IMG/VR virus record: IMGVR_UViG_3300045135_001635
Strand: one strand, 5' to 3'
Source: a virus
Length of the DNA stretch: 64,000 nt
Made by a program: the position numbers and the translations under genes. A model generated the notes under the pieces. It was not told where the DNA came from and ran no database searches. It saw only the letters and a program-made list of their open reading frames with translations. Below are positions 35,686 to 44,746 of this stretch, one piece after another. The first letter of the stretch is position 1, and every line of letters begins with the position of its first letter.

Positions 35686-38600
35686 GAAATTCGTACATAT
35701 AATGTGTAAGTTTCTACAATTGAGAATGTAGGTTGTATTGTTGTTCCAACGTAGTTACCTACGAAAGCACGCGAATAGTTACCAACATAATCTCTCGCAT
35801 AGTTACCTACGAACTCACCAACATAATTACCGACATAGTTACCAGCATATGAAGATACGCGAGTTCTTGAGTAGTTATCTGTGTAAGCACTTGTACGTAA
35901 ACGTGAGTAAGCTGAAACACGAACTCGACTAAACGTATCAGTTGAGTTACGAGTATATTCACCAACGAAACCACGTGTGTAGTTACCGATGAAATCGCCT
36001 ACGAAGTCACGCGCATAGTTACCGACATACTCGCCAGCAAATCCACGAGTGTAGTTACCAGTAAAGTCACCAGCGTAGTTACGAGCATAGTTACCGATGA
36101 AATCACGAGCAAAGTTACCAGTGAAAGTACGGTTATATGTGCCAGTATATTCGCCAGCAAAACCACGTGAGTAAGTACCTGTATATTGACCAGAGAATCC
36201 ACGTGAGTAAGTACCAGTGTACTGACCAGAGAATCCGCGAGTGTATGTACCAGCATACGAACTTGGACGAGTTCTTGAATAATACTCAAAACGTGTGCGT
36301 AAGAAGTTACGTGAGTAATTTCCAACGAAGTCACGAGAGTAAGTACCAGTGTACTGACCAGAGAATCCGCGAGTGTATGTACCAGCATAAGTGCTAAAGC
36401 GTGAACGGTTGTAAGTACTAAAACGAGCACGAACAAAGTTACGCGAGTAATTACCAACATAATCACGTGAGTACGCACCAGTATATTCGCCTACGAAGCC
36501 ACGTGTATATGTTCCAGCATAAGTGCTGAAGCGAGCGCGGTTGTAAGAGCTTACACGGTTACGAGAGAAGTTACGTGAGTAATTTCCGGTATATGAGTTA
36601 GCATATGTGCCTGTATATTCGCCTACGAAGCCACGTGTATACGTTCCTGCGTAAGTACTTAAACGAGTACGAGCATAAGCAGATACTCTTGAACGAGTAT
36701 ACGCACGAGCATAGTTACCTGTATAAGTTGTCGCATATGTACCAGTATATTCACCAACGAAACCGCGAGCGTAAGTACCAGCATATGAACTTGCGCGTGA
36801 ACGAGCGTAAGCAGATACTCTTGAACGAGTATACGCACGGGCATAGTTACCTGTAAACGTACGATTATATGTTCCAGTATATTCGCCTACGAATCCACGG
36901 CTGTATGTACCAGCATATGAACTTGGACGTGAACGAGAATAAGCAGAAACACGAGTGCGAGTATAAGCACGAGCATAGTTACCAGCGAAAGCACGTGAGT
37001 AAGTACCAGTATATTGACCAGAGAATCCACGGCTATAAGCACCAGTGTATTGTCCAGAGAATCCACGGCTGTATGTACCAGTGTACTGACCAGAGAATCC
37101 ACGAGTGTAGTTACCAATATAGTTACCAGCAAAGTTACCAACGTAATTACCAATGAAGTTACCAGCATAGTTACGTGCGTAATTACCTGTATACGTTCTT
37201 GCATAGTTACCTACGAAGTCACCAGTAAACGTTGTTACACGGTCACGAGCATATGTGCTGTTACGAGTACGAGCGTATGCAGAAACACGTGTACGAGCGT
37301 AAGCACTGTAACGAGTACGAGCTGAAGTACGAGCGTATTCACCAACGAAGTTACCTGCGTATTCGCCAGCATATCCGCGAGCATAGTTACCTACGTAAGA
37401 CGCATTTCTTGTACGAGCATAAGCACTATAACGAGTTCTAGTCGAAGTACGAGTACTTAAACGAGTAAAGTCGCCGACATAGTTTGTTACACGAGTACGC
37501 GAGTAAGCTGAGTAACGAGTACGAGTAGAAGTACGAGTACTTAAACGAGTAAAGTCGCCAACATAGTTTGTTATACGAGTACGAGCGTAAGCGCTGTAAC
37601 GAGTACGAGTAGAAGTACGTGTTGATAAACGAGTATACTCACCAACAAAGTTACCTGTAAACGTAGTGACGCGATCACGGATGAAGTCGCCAACATAGTT
37701 TGTTATACGAGTACGCGAGTAAGCTGAGTAACGAGTACGAGCTGAAGTACGAGCTGATAAACGAGTATATTCGCCAACAAAGTTACCCGTAAACGTAGTG
37801 ACGCGATCACGGATGAAGTCGCCGACATAGTTTGTAATACGAGTACGCGAGTAAGCTGAGTAACGAGTACGAGCTGAAGTACGAGTACTTGTACGCGCAT
37901 AGTTACCAACAAAGTTGCCAGTGAAGTTTGTTACACGGTTACGAGTAAAGTCGCCGACATAGTTTGTAATACGAGTACGCGAGTAAGCTGAGTAACGAGT
38001 ACGTGTAGAAGTTCTTGTAGAAGTTCTTGCGTAGTTACCAACGAAGTCACCTGCGTAAGAACCAGTACGAGTATAATAACCAGTATTAGTTGAAGTACGT
38101 GTAGAAGTACGCGCATATTCACCTACGAAGTCACCTGCGTAGTACAATGGACGAGCATAGTTACCTGTGTAATATAATGTACGAGCGTAATTACCAACAA
38201 AGTTACCAGCATATACTAATGTACGAGCATAGTTACCTGTGTAATATAATGTACGAGCGTAATTACCAACAAAGTTACCAGCATATACTAATGGACGAGC
38301 ATAGTTACCAGTATAGTAAGCTGTACGAGCGTAATTACCAACAAAGTCGCCAGTATAGACTAATGTACGAGCATAGTTACCAGTGTAATACAATGTACGA
38401 GCATAGTTACCAGCGTAAGAAGCAGCGCGAGTACGAGTATACGTTGGATAGTAAGCACGATCACGAGCATACGTTGGGTAGTAAGCGCGTTCACGAGTAT
38501 ACGTTGGGTAGTAAGCACGATCACGAGCAAAACCTCTTTCTACAGCACGAGATCTTGTAAAGTCTGGATAGTAAGCACGATCACGAGCATACGTTGGAGC

Positions 38601-41600
38601 TGCGTGACGAGCACGAGTATATTCTAAGCCATAAACTCTATATCGAGCATATGTTGCTGTTCTACTGTAATATGCTGTACCAACAAAGTTACCAGTAAAG
38701 TAAGCTGTTGACGGCCAACCAGGATCTCCGCCCCAAGCTTGATAAGTATATGATCTTGTACTTGTACGAGTAGAAGTCCCTGTACCAGCATATGCTAATG
38801 TACGAGCATAGTTACCAGTATATGTCCCAGTACGAGTGTAATTACCTGTGTAATAAACGTTACGAGAATAGTTACCAGTGTAGTAAGCTGTACCGATATA
38901 GTTACCCGTAAAATATCTTGTACCGACAAAGTTACCAACATAATATCTTGTACCGGCATAATCGCCAGTGTAATAAGCTGTACGAGCATAGTTACCTGTG
39001 TAATATAATGTACGAGCATAGTCACCAGTATACGAAGCAGCACGGTCACGGGTATACGTTGGATAGTAAGCACGGTCACGAGCATAAGTCGGTGACGTTG
39101 TGTAGTCTGTGATACGAGTACGGGCATATGTCGGATAGTAAACACGACCACGAGTGTACGTCGGTGACGTTGTGTAGTTTGTTACACGGTCACGGGTATA
39201 CGTTGGATAGTAAGCACGGTCACGAGCATAAGTCGGTGACGTTGTGTAGTTTGTTACACGGTCACGGGTATACGTTGGATAGTAAGCACGGTCACGAGCA
39301 TAAGTCGGTGACGTTGTAGAAGTTCTTGTAGAAGTTCTTGCGTAGTTACCAACAAAGTCTCCAGCATAGTACAATGTACGAGTATATGCTAATGTACGTG
39401 TTGAAGTACGCGTAGAAGTACGAGCGTATTCACCAACAAAGTCTCCAGCATAATTACCTGCGAATCCACGAGCATAGTTACCAACAAAGTCGCCAGTAAA
39501 TGTCGTTGCGTAGTTACCTACGAAGTCACCAGCATAATCTGTGATACGAGTTCTTGCGTATTCACCAACAAAGTTACCAGCATAATTACCTGCGAATCCA
39601 CGAGAATAGTTACCAACAAAGTCGCCAGTAAATGTCGTTGCGTAGTTACCAACAAAGTTTCCTGCGTAATCAGTGATGCGAGTACGAGCATAATTACCAG
39701 TATATTCACCAGCAAAGTTACCAGCATATCCACGAGAATAGTTACCAACAAAGTCGCCAGTAAATGTCGTTGCGTAGTTACCAACAAAGTTTCCTGCGTA
39801 ATCTGTGATACGAGTACGAGCGTAATTACCAGTATATTCACCAGCAAAGTTTCCTGCGTATCCACGAGCGTAGTTACCAACGAAGTCGCCTACGAAATCG
39901 CGAGCGTAATTACCAGTATATTCACCAGCAAAGTTTCCTGCGTATCCACGAGCGTAGTTACCAACGAAGTCGCCTACGAAATCGCGAGCATAGTTACCTG
40001 TGTAATCACCAGCAAAGTTTCCTGCGTATCCACGAGCATAGTTACCTACGTAAGAAGCACCACGTGTACGAGCATAAGCTGAGTAACGAGTACGAGCTGA
40101 CGTACGTGTTGAGGTACGAGCATAATTACCAACGAAGTTACCAGCAAAACCACGAGCATAGTTGCCTACGAAGTTGCGTGAGTAATTTCCAACGAAGCCA
40201 CGAGCATAGTTACCAATAAAGTTACCAGCATAATCTGTGATACGAGTTCTAGCAAAAGTAGAAACGCGCGCACGAGAGAAAGCACCAGCAAAGTTAGTAA
40301 CACGATCACGAGTATAGTCTGTTACACGAGTACGACCATAATCAGCAGCGTATACAGAAACACGGTTACGTGAATATGTACCAGAATATGTGCTGATACG
40401 GTTACGTGAATATGTACCAGAGTAAGAAGAAACACGTGTTCTTGAGTAAGTACCAGCATAAGCTGAAACTCTTGAACGAGTAAAGTTACGTGAGTAATTT
40501 CCTAAGAACGAACGGCTGTAATTTCCAATGAAGTTACGAGCATAATTTCCGCTATACGTTGATATACGAGTACGAGCATATGTACCAGCGTAAGATGAAA
40601 CACGACCACGAGTAAAGTTACGTGAGTAATTACCTGTAAATCCGCGTGAATAGTTTCCTACGAATTGACGAGCATATGTTCCAACATAAGTTGATACGCG
40701 TGTACGAGCATATGTGCCTGTAAATGTAGAAACACGACCACGAGTAAAGTTACGGCTGTAATTACCAGTAAATCCGCGAGCATAGTTACCTACGAATCCT
40801 CGAGAGTATGTACCTGCGTAAGCAGAAACTCGTGTGCGAGCATACGTTCCAGAAAACGAGCTTGGGCGTGTACGAGTAAATTCACCAGCATAGTTCCCTA
40901 AGAAACCTCTTGTGTAGTTACCTACGAATTGACGAGCGTATTCACCAACATAAGTTGATACACGTGTACGTGAGTAAGTGCCAGAGAAAGCGCTTGTACG
41001 AGTACGTGTAAATTCGCCAGTATAGTTACCTACGAATTGACGAGCATAGTTCCCAGCAAAGGCACGAGCGTATTCGCCAGTATACGTTGAAACACGGTTA
41101 CGCGAGTAAGTACCAGAGAAAGCACTTGTACGAGTACGAGTAAATTCGCCAGCAAAATTACCAGTAAATGAACGAGCATAGTTACCGATGAAGTCACGTG
41201 AGTAATTACCAGTATACGTTGATACACGTGTACGTGAGTAAGTTCCAGTATACGTTGAAATACGGTTACGTGAGTAAGTACCAGTGTAAGTAGAAACACG
41301 GTTACGTGCGTATGTACCAGCATAAGCTGAAACACGACCACGAGCGTAAGTAGAAGGACGAGTGCGAGTAAAGAACCCAGCAAAGTCTGTAATACGGTTA
41401 CGAGTATAAACTGATACACGGTTACGTGCGTATGTACCAGCGAATACACCAGTAAACGCTTCTAAACGGTTACGTGTATAAGAAGAAATACGAGTACGAG
41501 CATAGTTACCGACGAAATCGCCAACGTATTCTCCCGCAAAACCTCTTGAATAGTTACCAGCAAAATCACGAGTGTAATTACCAACGTAATCACCAATGAA

Positions 41601-42485
41601 ATCCTGAGTAGTTGTACGCGTTGAAGTACGCGCGAACGCCGAACTACGTGTGCGAGCATAAGAAGAAACACGAGCACGAACATATGAACTGTTACGTGTA
41701 CGAGTGTAATCTATTTGCGCAGTAGTGCGTTGTGTATTGATTGCTGTACCTACAGCTTTCCAAGTTCCGGCATCAGTCGGTGCACCTTGCGCACTTGACC
41801 TTAATTGATATGAACCGATATTACCTGAAGTAGCACGTAGAGTTTTGATACGTTGACCCAATACTTCTTGGATCTCGTTATCTGTCATTTCTTGGAAACC
41901 GTCAAAGCCAGAACCGTCATAGCGGATCTTAACTGGACGAGTTGGGTTTACAACAGTCATTGCTGTACGAACCCAAATGTGGTAGTTTGTTACGCTTCCG
42001 TCACCACGTGTATCAGTGAATACATTCTCAATAAAGATTGTATAGTCTGAACCAGGAGTTGAAGATGCTAACTTGTATGTACCGATATAGTCATTTTCGA
42101 CCATATTTCCAAGAACACGATTAGCGAGGTTTGTTAAATCTTGGTCTACCATTTCGTAGAAACCAGGATTGTCACCTGCTTCGTAGTAACCCACAGGAAT
42201 GTTTACGCCACTTTCTACAGAAGGACCAGCAACTTGTTTTAGTGTGGTTGTTGTAGTTCCAGAAGTAATCTGTGATGCTGGGTGTGTACCAGTAGATTCG
42301 TTGAAAAATGTATCAACGTAAGTACCGACAGGAACACCAGCTGATAAAGTCAATGCGCCTACATCAGTAGGACTTAACATTGCTTGACCAACAGCATAAG
42401 CCAGATAGTTTTCTTCTAGTGGAGTGAATTCCTTCAGGTCACCATTCGAATTTAGTATTTTTAAAGGGATACTAGATGCTGACAC
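35682..42485 (-). CDS. Giant R/Y/G/T-rich repeat protein (2267 aa); predicted ultra-long beta-hairpin filament
   Basis: GTG start with late promoter; ~255-aa globular N-domain; ~1990-aa two-residue-periodic repeat with mirror complementarity around QAWGGDPGWPS. Confidence 0.85.
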   Translation of the reverse strand: MSASSIPLKILNSNGDLKEFTPLEENYLAYAVGQAMLSPTDVGALTLSAGVPVGTYVDTFFNESTGTHPASQITSGTTTTTLKQVAGPSVESGVNIPVGYYEAGDNPGFYEMVDQDLTNLANRVLGNMVENDYIGTYKLASSTPGSDYTIFIENVFTDTRGDGSVTNYHIWVRTAMTVVNPTRPVKIRYDGSGFDGFQEMTDNEIQEVLGQRIKTLRATSGNIGSYQLRSSAQGAPTDAGTWKAVGTAINTQRTTAQIDYTRTRNSSYVRARVSSYARTRSSAFARTSTRTTTQDFIGDYVGNYTRDFAGNYSRGFAGEYVGDFVGNYARTRISSYTRNRLEAFTGVFAGTYARNRVSVYTRNRITDFAGFFTRTRPSTYARGRVSAYAGTYARNRVSTYTGTYSRNRISTYTGTYSRTRVSTYTGNYSRDFIGNYARSFTGNFAGEFTRTRTSAFSGTYSRNRVSTYTGEYARAFAGNYARQFVGNYTGEFTRTRTSAFSGTYSRTRVSTYVGEYARQFVGNYTRGFLGNYAGEFTRTRPSSFSGTYARTRVSAYAGTYSRGFVGNYARGFTGNYSRNFTRGRVSTFTGTYARTRVSTYVGTYARQFVGNYSRGFTGNYSRNFTRGRVSSYAGTYARTRISTYSGNYARNFIGNYSRSFLGNYSRNFTRSRVSAYAGTYSRTRVSSYSGTYSRNRISTYSGTYSRNRVSVYAADYGRTRVTDYTRDRVTNFAGAFSRARVSTFARTRITDYAGNFIGNYARGFVGNYSRNFVGNYARGFAGNFVGNYARTSTRTSARTRYSAYARTRGASYVGNYARGYAGNFAGDYTGNYARDFVGDFVGNYARGYAGNFAGEYTGNYARDFVGDFVGNYARGYAGNFAGEYTGNYARTRITDYAGNFVGNYATTFTGDFVGNYSRGYAGNFAGEYTGNYARTRITDYAGNFVGNYATTFTGDFVGNYSRGFAGNYAGNFVGEYARTRITDYAGDFVGNYATTFTGDFVGNYARGFAGNYAGDFVGEYARTSTRTSTRTLAYTRTLYYAGDFVGNYARTSTRTSTTSPTYARDRAYYPTYTRDRVTNYTTSPTYARDRAYYPTYTRDRVTNYTTSPTYTRGRVYYPTYARTRITDYTTSPTYARDRAYYPTYTRDRAASYTGDYARTLYYTGNYARTAYYTGDYAGTRYYVGNFVGTRYFTGNYIGTAYYTGNYSRNVYYTGNYTRTGTYTGNYARTLAYAGTGTSTRTSTRSYTYQAWGGDPGWPSTAYFTGNFVGTAYYSRTATYARYRVYGLEYTRARHAAPTYARDRAYYPDFTRSRAVERGFARDRAYYPTYTRERAYYPTYARDRAYYPTYTRTRAASYAGNYARTLYYTGNYARTLVYTGDFVGNYARTAYYTGNYARPLVYAGNFVGNYARTLYYTGNYARTLVYAGNFVGNYARTLYYTGNYARPLYYAGDFVGEYARTSTRTSTNTGYYTRTGSYAGDFVGNYARTSTRTSTRTRYSAYSRTRITNYVGDFTRNRVTNFTGNFVGNYARTSTRTSARTRYSAYSRTRITNYVGDFIRDRVTTFTGNFVGEYTRLSARTSARTRYSAYSRTRITNYVGDFIRDRVTTFTGNFVGEYTRLSTRTSTRTRYSAYARTRITNYVGDFTRLSTRTSTRTRYSAYSRTRVTNYVGDFTRLSTRTSTRTRYSAYARTRNASYVGNYARGYAGEYAGNFVGEYARTSARTRYSAYARTRVSAYARTRNSTYARDRVTTFTGDFVGNYARTYTGNYARNYAGNFIGNYVGNFAGNYIGNYTRGFSGQYTGTYSRGFSGQYTGAYSRGFSGQYTGTYSRAFAGNYARAYTRTRVSAYSRSRPSSYAGTYSRGFVGEYTGTYNRTFTGNYARAYTRSRVSAYARSRASSYAGTYARGFVGEYTGTYATTYTGNYARAYTRSRVSAYARTRLSTYAGTYTRGFVGEYTGTYANSYTGNYSRNFSRNRVSSYNRARFSTYAGTYTRGFVGEYTGAYSRDYVGNYSRNFVRARFSTYNRSRFSTYAGTYTRGFSGQYTGTYSRDFVGNYSRNFLRTRFEYYSRTRPSSYAGTYTRGFSGQYTGTYSRGFSGQYTGTYSRGFAGEYTGTYNRTFTGNFARDFIGNYARNYAGDFTGNYTRGFAGEYVGNYARDFVGDFIGNYTRGFVGEYTRNSTDTFSRVRVSAYSRLRTSAYTDNYSRTRVSSYAGNYVGNYVGEFVGNYARDYVGNYSRAFVGNYVGTTIQPTFSIVETYTLYVRIS
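35750..41712 (-). repeat. Nested coding tandem repeats (units of 8, 10, 12, 24, 28 and 44 aa) with mirror-image organisation about ~38730
   Basis: For example, 72-bp units x4 at ~39050-39320 and x4 at ~38140-38410; 132-bp units x3 on each arm. Confidence 0.9.
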
Positions 42486-42521
42486 TTTAATCGCTCTCTT
42501 TTTAAATTAATAGGATGAGTT

Positions 42522-42529
42522 TATTTATA
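42522..42529 (-). promoter_or_regulatory. T4 late promoter TATAAATA
   Basis: Exact match ~37 nt upstream of the giant repeat gene. Confidence 0.85.
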
Positions 42530-42616
42530 TAACTTTTAAACGCAATACATCGACAAGATTGAACTTGCTATTGTATTGTACTCTATTTAGTATAAAAAGT
42601 AAATTAAAAATATTTG

Positions 42617-42645
42617 TTGACTAATACAGAAAAGTATAGTATAAT
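42617..42645 (+). promoter_or_regulatory. Plus-strand (antisense) near-consensus sigma70 promoter with AT-rich UP element
   Basis: AAATTAAAAATATTTG-TTGACT-17 nt-TATAAT-ATATCTTAGAT. Confidence 0.7.
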
Positions 42646-42673
42646 ATATCTTAGATAAGGGGAAAGTAGTATA

Positions 42674-42704
42674 GGAAAGAAATGAGGGAGTACAGAGACT
42701 CCCT
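42674..42704 (-). terminator. Probable terminator hairpin after the tail-fibre chaperone gene
   Basis: AGGGAGT-CTCTGT-ACTCCCT followed by CATTTCTTTCC. Confidence 0.55.
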
Positions 42705-42712
42705 ATCTTAGA

Positions 42713-43183
42713 TTATGGTTTGACTGGCCATTCTAGTTCATCAAGAGATGATGGATTGTCTAAAGTAGCAGGGAAGTCACGTAACGATTGACGGTATACA
42801 CGATACTCAGCAACTTGTTCATCAGTTAATGGAGCATCAACAGTTTGAGTCCAATCAGTCGCAGCAATCATATGATTACGAATTGTTTTGATATCTGACA
42901 TAAATGCATCAGCATCCCATTCCCAATCAGTTCCATTGTATATAGCGTGTCTGTTAGGTGGTGTTCCTAAGTGAATCAATGAACCACTGTCATACACCCA
43001 TTCTACAGTGTTAAAATTATCTTCCATAAAACCAGAAGGAATGTTATCTTCAGATATGTGTATAACTCTTTCGCCAGTAGGTTTTAACCCTTCCGGAGGT
43101 AATGTAGCCATAGGAAACTCAACACTTATAAGTTGTTTCGTTAACTCATCAATAACTGCTACATATTTTATTACTTTTGACAT
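42713..43183 (-). CDS. Tail fibre assembly chaperone (Tfa-like)
   Basis: C-terminal RN.MIAATDWTQ..DAPL....YRQSLRDFP......WPVKP. Confidence 0.8.
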   Translation of the reverse strand: MSKVIKYVAVIDELTKQLISVEFPMATLPPEGLKPTGERVIHISEDNIPSGFMEDNFNTVEWVYDSGSLIHLGTPPNRHAIYNGTDWEWDADAFMSDIKTIRNHMIAATDWTQTVDAPLTDEQVAEYRVYRQSLRDFPATLDNPSSLDELEWPVKP

Positions 43184-43201
43184 TTTTTATTGTCCCTTTG
43201 T

Positions 43202-43951
43202 TTATTCTTGTGCGAGTAAAACTGCGCCCCAATTCGTATAATAATTTATTCTTGTTTCGCTAGAATTTGGATCATTATAATAAGTAGTCCAAACGTTCTG
43301 AGGTGCTGAAAAATTTTGATACGTATAATCTATATATTGTGAATAATAATCACCATTTGAGAAAAATGTGGATACTATACCTGCCATATTATAACTATAC
43401 GTAAAATATTCTATTTTAGACCAATCAAACTGAATCCAATCATTTTTATTAGTAGTTATTCTAGATATATCACCGCTACCATAACCACTCATAGAGTTAT
43501 GTGGTTTCAATGATGTAACTTGTAATTTAGAATTTACTTTTATAGTTCTACTATCAAAAGAAACTTCATTACCTGAAGTAAGAACTTTTAATCCATAATC
43601 TCCTACTGGTGTAACTTTACTCGCTAAATCTAATACATAATAATCTAAACTAATATTACTAAAATCAGCTTCCAATGGATATTTTTTATTACCAGAAGAT
43701 TTAAACGTTACAGAAGATAAAGTGCTGTCGTACTCTATAACTATATAATCTTTTTGATAGTTGCTTGTATTTCTATGTTTCGGTTTTATAAAAATTAATC
43801 TAGTTCTATTAGGATCAGTTCCAAGTCCAGTGATACTACTACCAGTACCTTTTTTTGTCACAACATAATTCACTAAACCTATCGTAGTGTCTATTTGTAC
43901 AATTTCATTTCCTGCTGCATCGAAAGATTTTACTTGTAATCCATATGACAT
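43202..43951 (-). CDS. Tail-tip associated protein
   Basis: MSYGLQV.. and an internal DYGLKV...G...FDS repeat, typical of genes that follow central tail fibres. Confidence 0.5.
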   Translation of the reverse strand: MSYGLQVKSFDAAGNEIVQIDTTIGLVNYVVTKKGTGSSITGLGTDPNRTRLIFIKPKHRNTSNYQKDYIVIEYDSTLSSVTFKSSGNKKYPLEADFSNISLDYYVLDLASKVTPVGDYGLKVLTSGNEVSFDSRTIKVNSKLQVTSLKPHNSMSGYGSGDISRITTNKNDWIQFDWSKIEYFTYSYNMAGIVSTFFSNGDYYSQYIDYTYQNFSAPQNVWTTYYNDPNSSETRINYYTNWGAVLLAQE

Positions 43952-44736
43952 TATGAAATCCTCACTGCTGTTACTTTTATTGTGACCGAAGTACTACTAC
44001 TATTAGTTATTGTAAGCGTATCACCAGAAGTTGAAAACGATATAAAATCAGACCTAGCTGTAGTTGAATATATAACTTTACTAGGATCACTTACATCTTT
44101 TATAGTAAGTGACACCGAACCATTCCCAGCAATATTTTGACTCGATAAATGCGCTAAGTTAAATAACTTAGTTTGTGGGTTAATTATTTCAGTTACACCA
44201 TCTGGACCATATACAACTAAACCATATTCAGCGTCAGAGCCTGAAGCAACATAAGTTGGACCAGAACCACTACCACCTGAAATCGTTCTTGTATATGTAC
44301 TTGTTCTGGTATAGTTTCTCGTATAGTCAGCAATATAGTTACCGATATAATCGCTAGAATATGTTCCAGTATAGTTACCTAAGAAATCTCTGGTATAATT
44401 ACCAATGAAATTACCAAGATAACTTCTGGTATATGTTCCAGTATAGTTACCGAGATATTCTCTTGAATAATTACCTGCGAAAAATCTTGAGTAATTACCG
44501 ATGAAATTTCCAGTAAAATCTCGGGTATAGTTACCGACATATCTTTCTTCACGAGGATCCGTGCGGTATCCAGCGTAAGATGATATTCTAGTAGAAGTAG
44601 CACCTGAATAATATGCCGTAAAAGATCTAGAACTTGTGTGCGTATCTCTTGTAAATGTTGCAGAGCTACCTACACCAACACGAGTAAGCGTACGAGTGTA
44701 TGTACTTTGTCTTGTATAACTTACTATTCTTGCCAT
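43951..44736 (-). CDS. Structural protein: GNY/xTR beta-repeat N-half plus YGL-type C-domain
   Basis: YVGNYTRDFTGNFIGNYSR... uses the same vocabulary as the 2267-aa protein; C-terminal EYGLVVYGPDG. Confidence 0.6.
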   Translation of the reverse strand: MARIVSYTRQSTYTRTLTRVGVGSSATFTRDTHTSSRSFTAYYSGATSTRISSYAGYRTDPREERYVGNYTRDFTGNFIGNYSRFFAGNYSREYLGNYTGTYTRSYLGNFIGNYTRDFLGNYTGTYSSDYIGNYIADYTRNYTRTSTYTRTISGGSGSGPTYVASGSDAEYGLVVYGPDGVTEIINPQTKLFNLAHLSSQNIAGNGSVSLTIKDVSDPSKVIYSTTARSDFISFSTSGDTLTITNSSSTSVTIKVTAVRIS

Positions 44737-44746
44737 TATCTATCCC

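Noticed and set aside
38140-39320. Regularly spaced DNA repeats resembling a CRISPR array or a DGR template/variable pair
   Set aside because: The repeats are in-frame coding units without unique spacers; no adenine-specific divergence is evident, and no cas or reverse transcriptase gene is in the window.
35750-41712. Possibility that the mirror symmetry is a DNA inverted repeat or an assembly artefact
   Set aside because: The arms are not reverse complements at DNA level; the symmetry is in amino-acid pairing, with different sequences on each arm and synonymous variation between copies.
35738-42050. Numerous short alternate-frame and antisense ORFs within the giant repeat gene
   Set aside because: By-products of repetitive codon usage; the long frame is intact and has a promoter.
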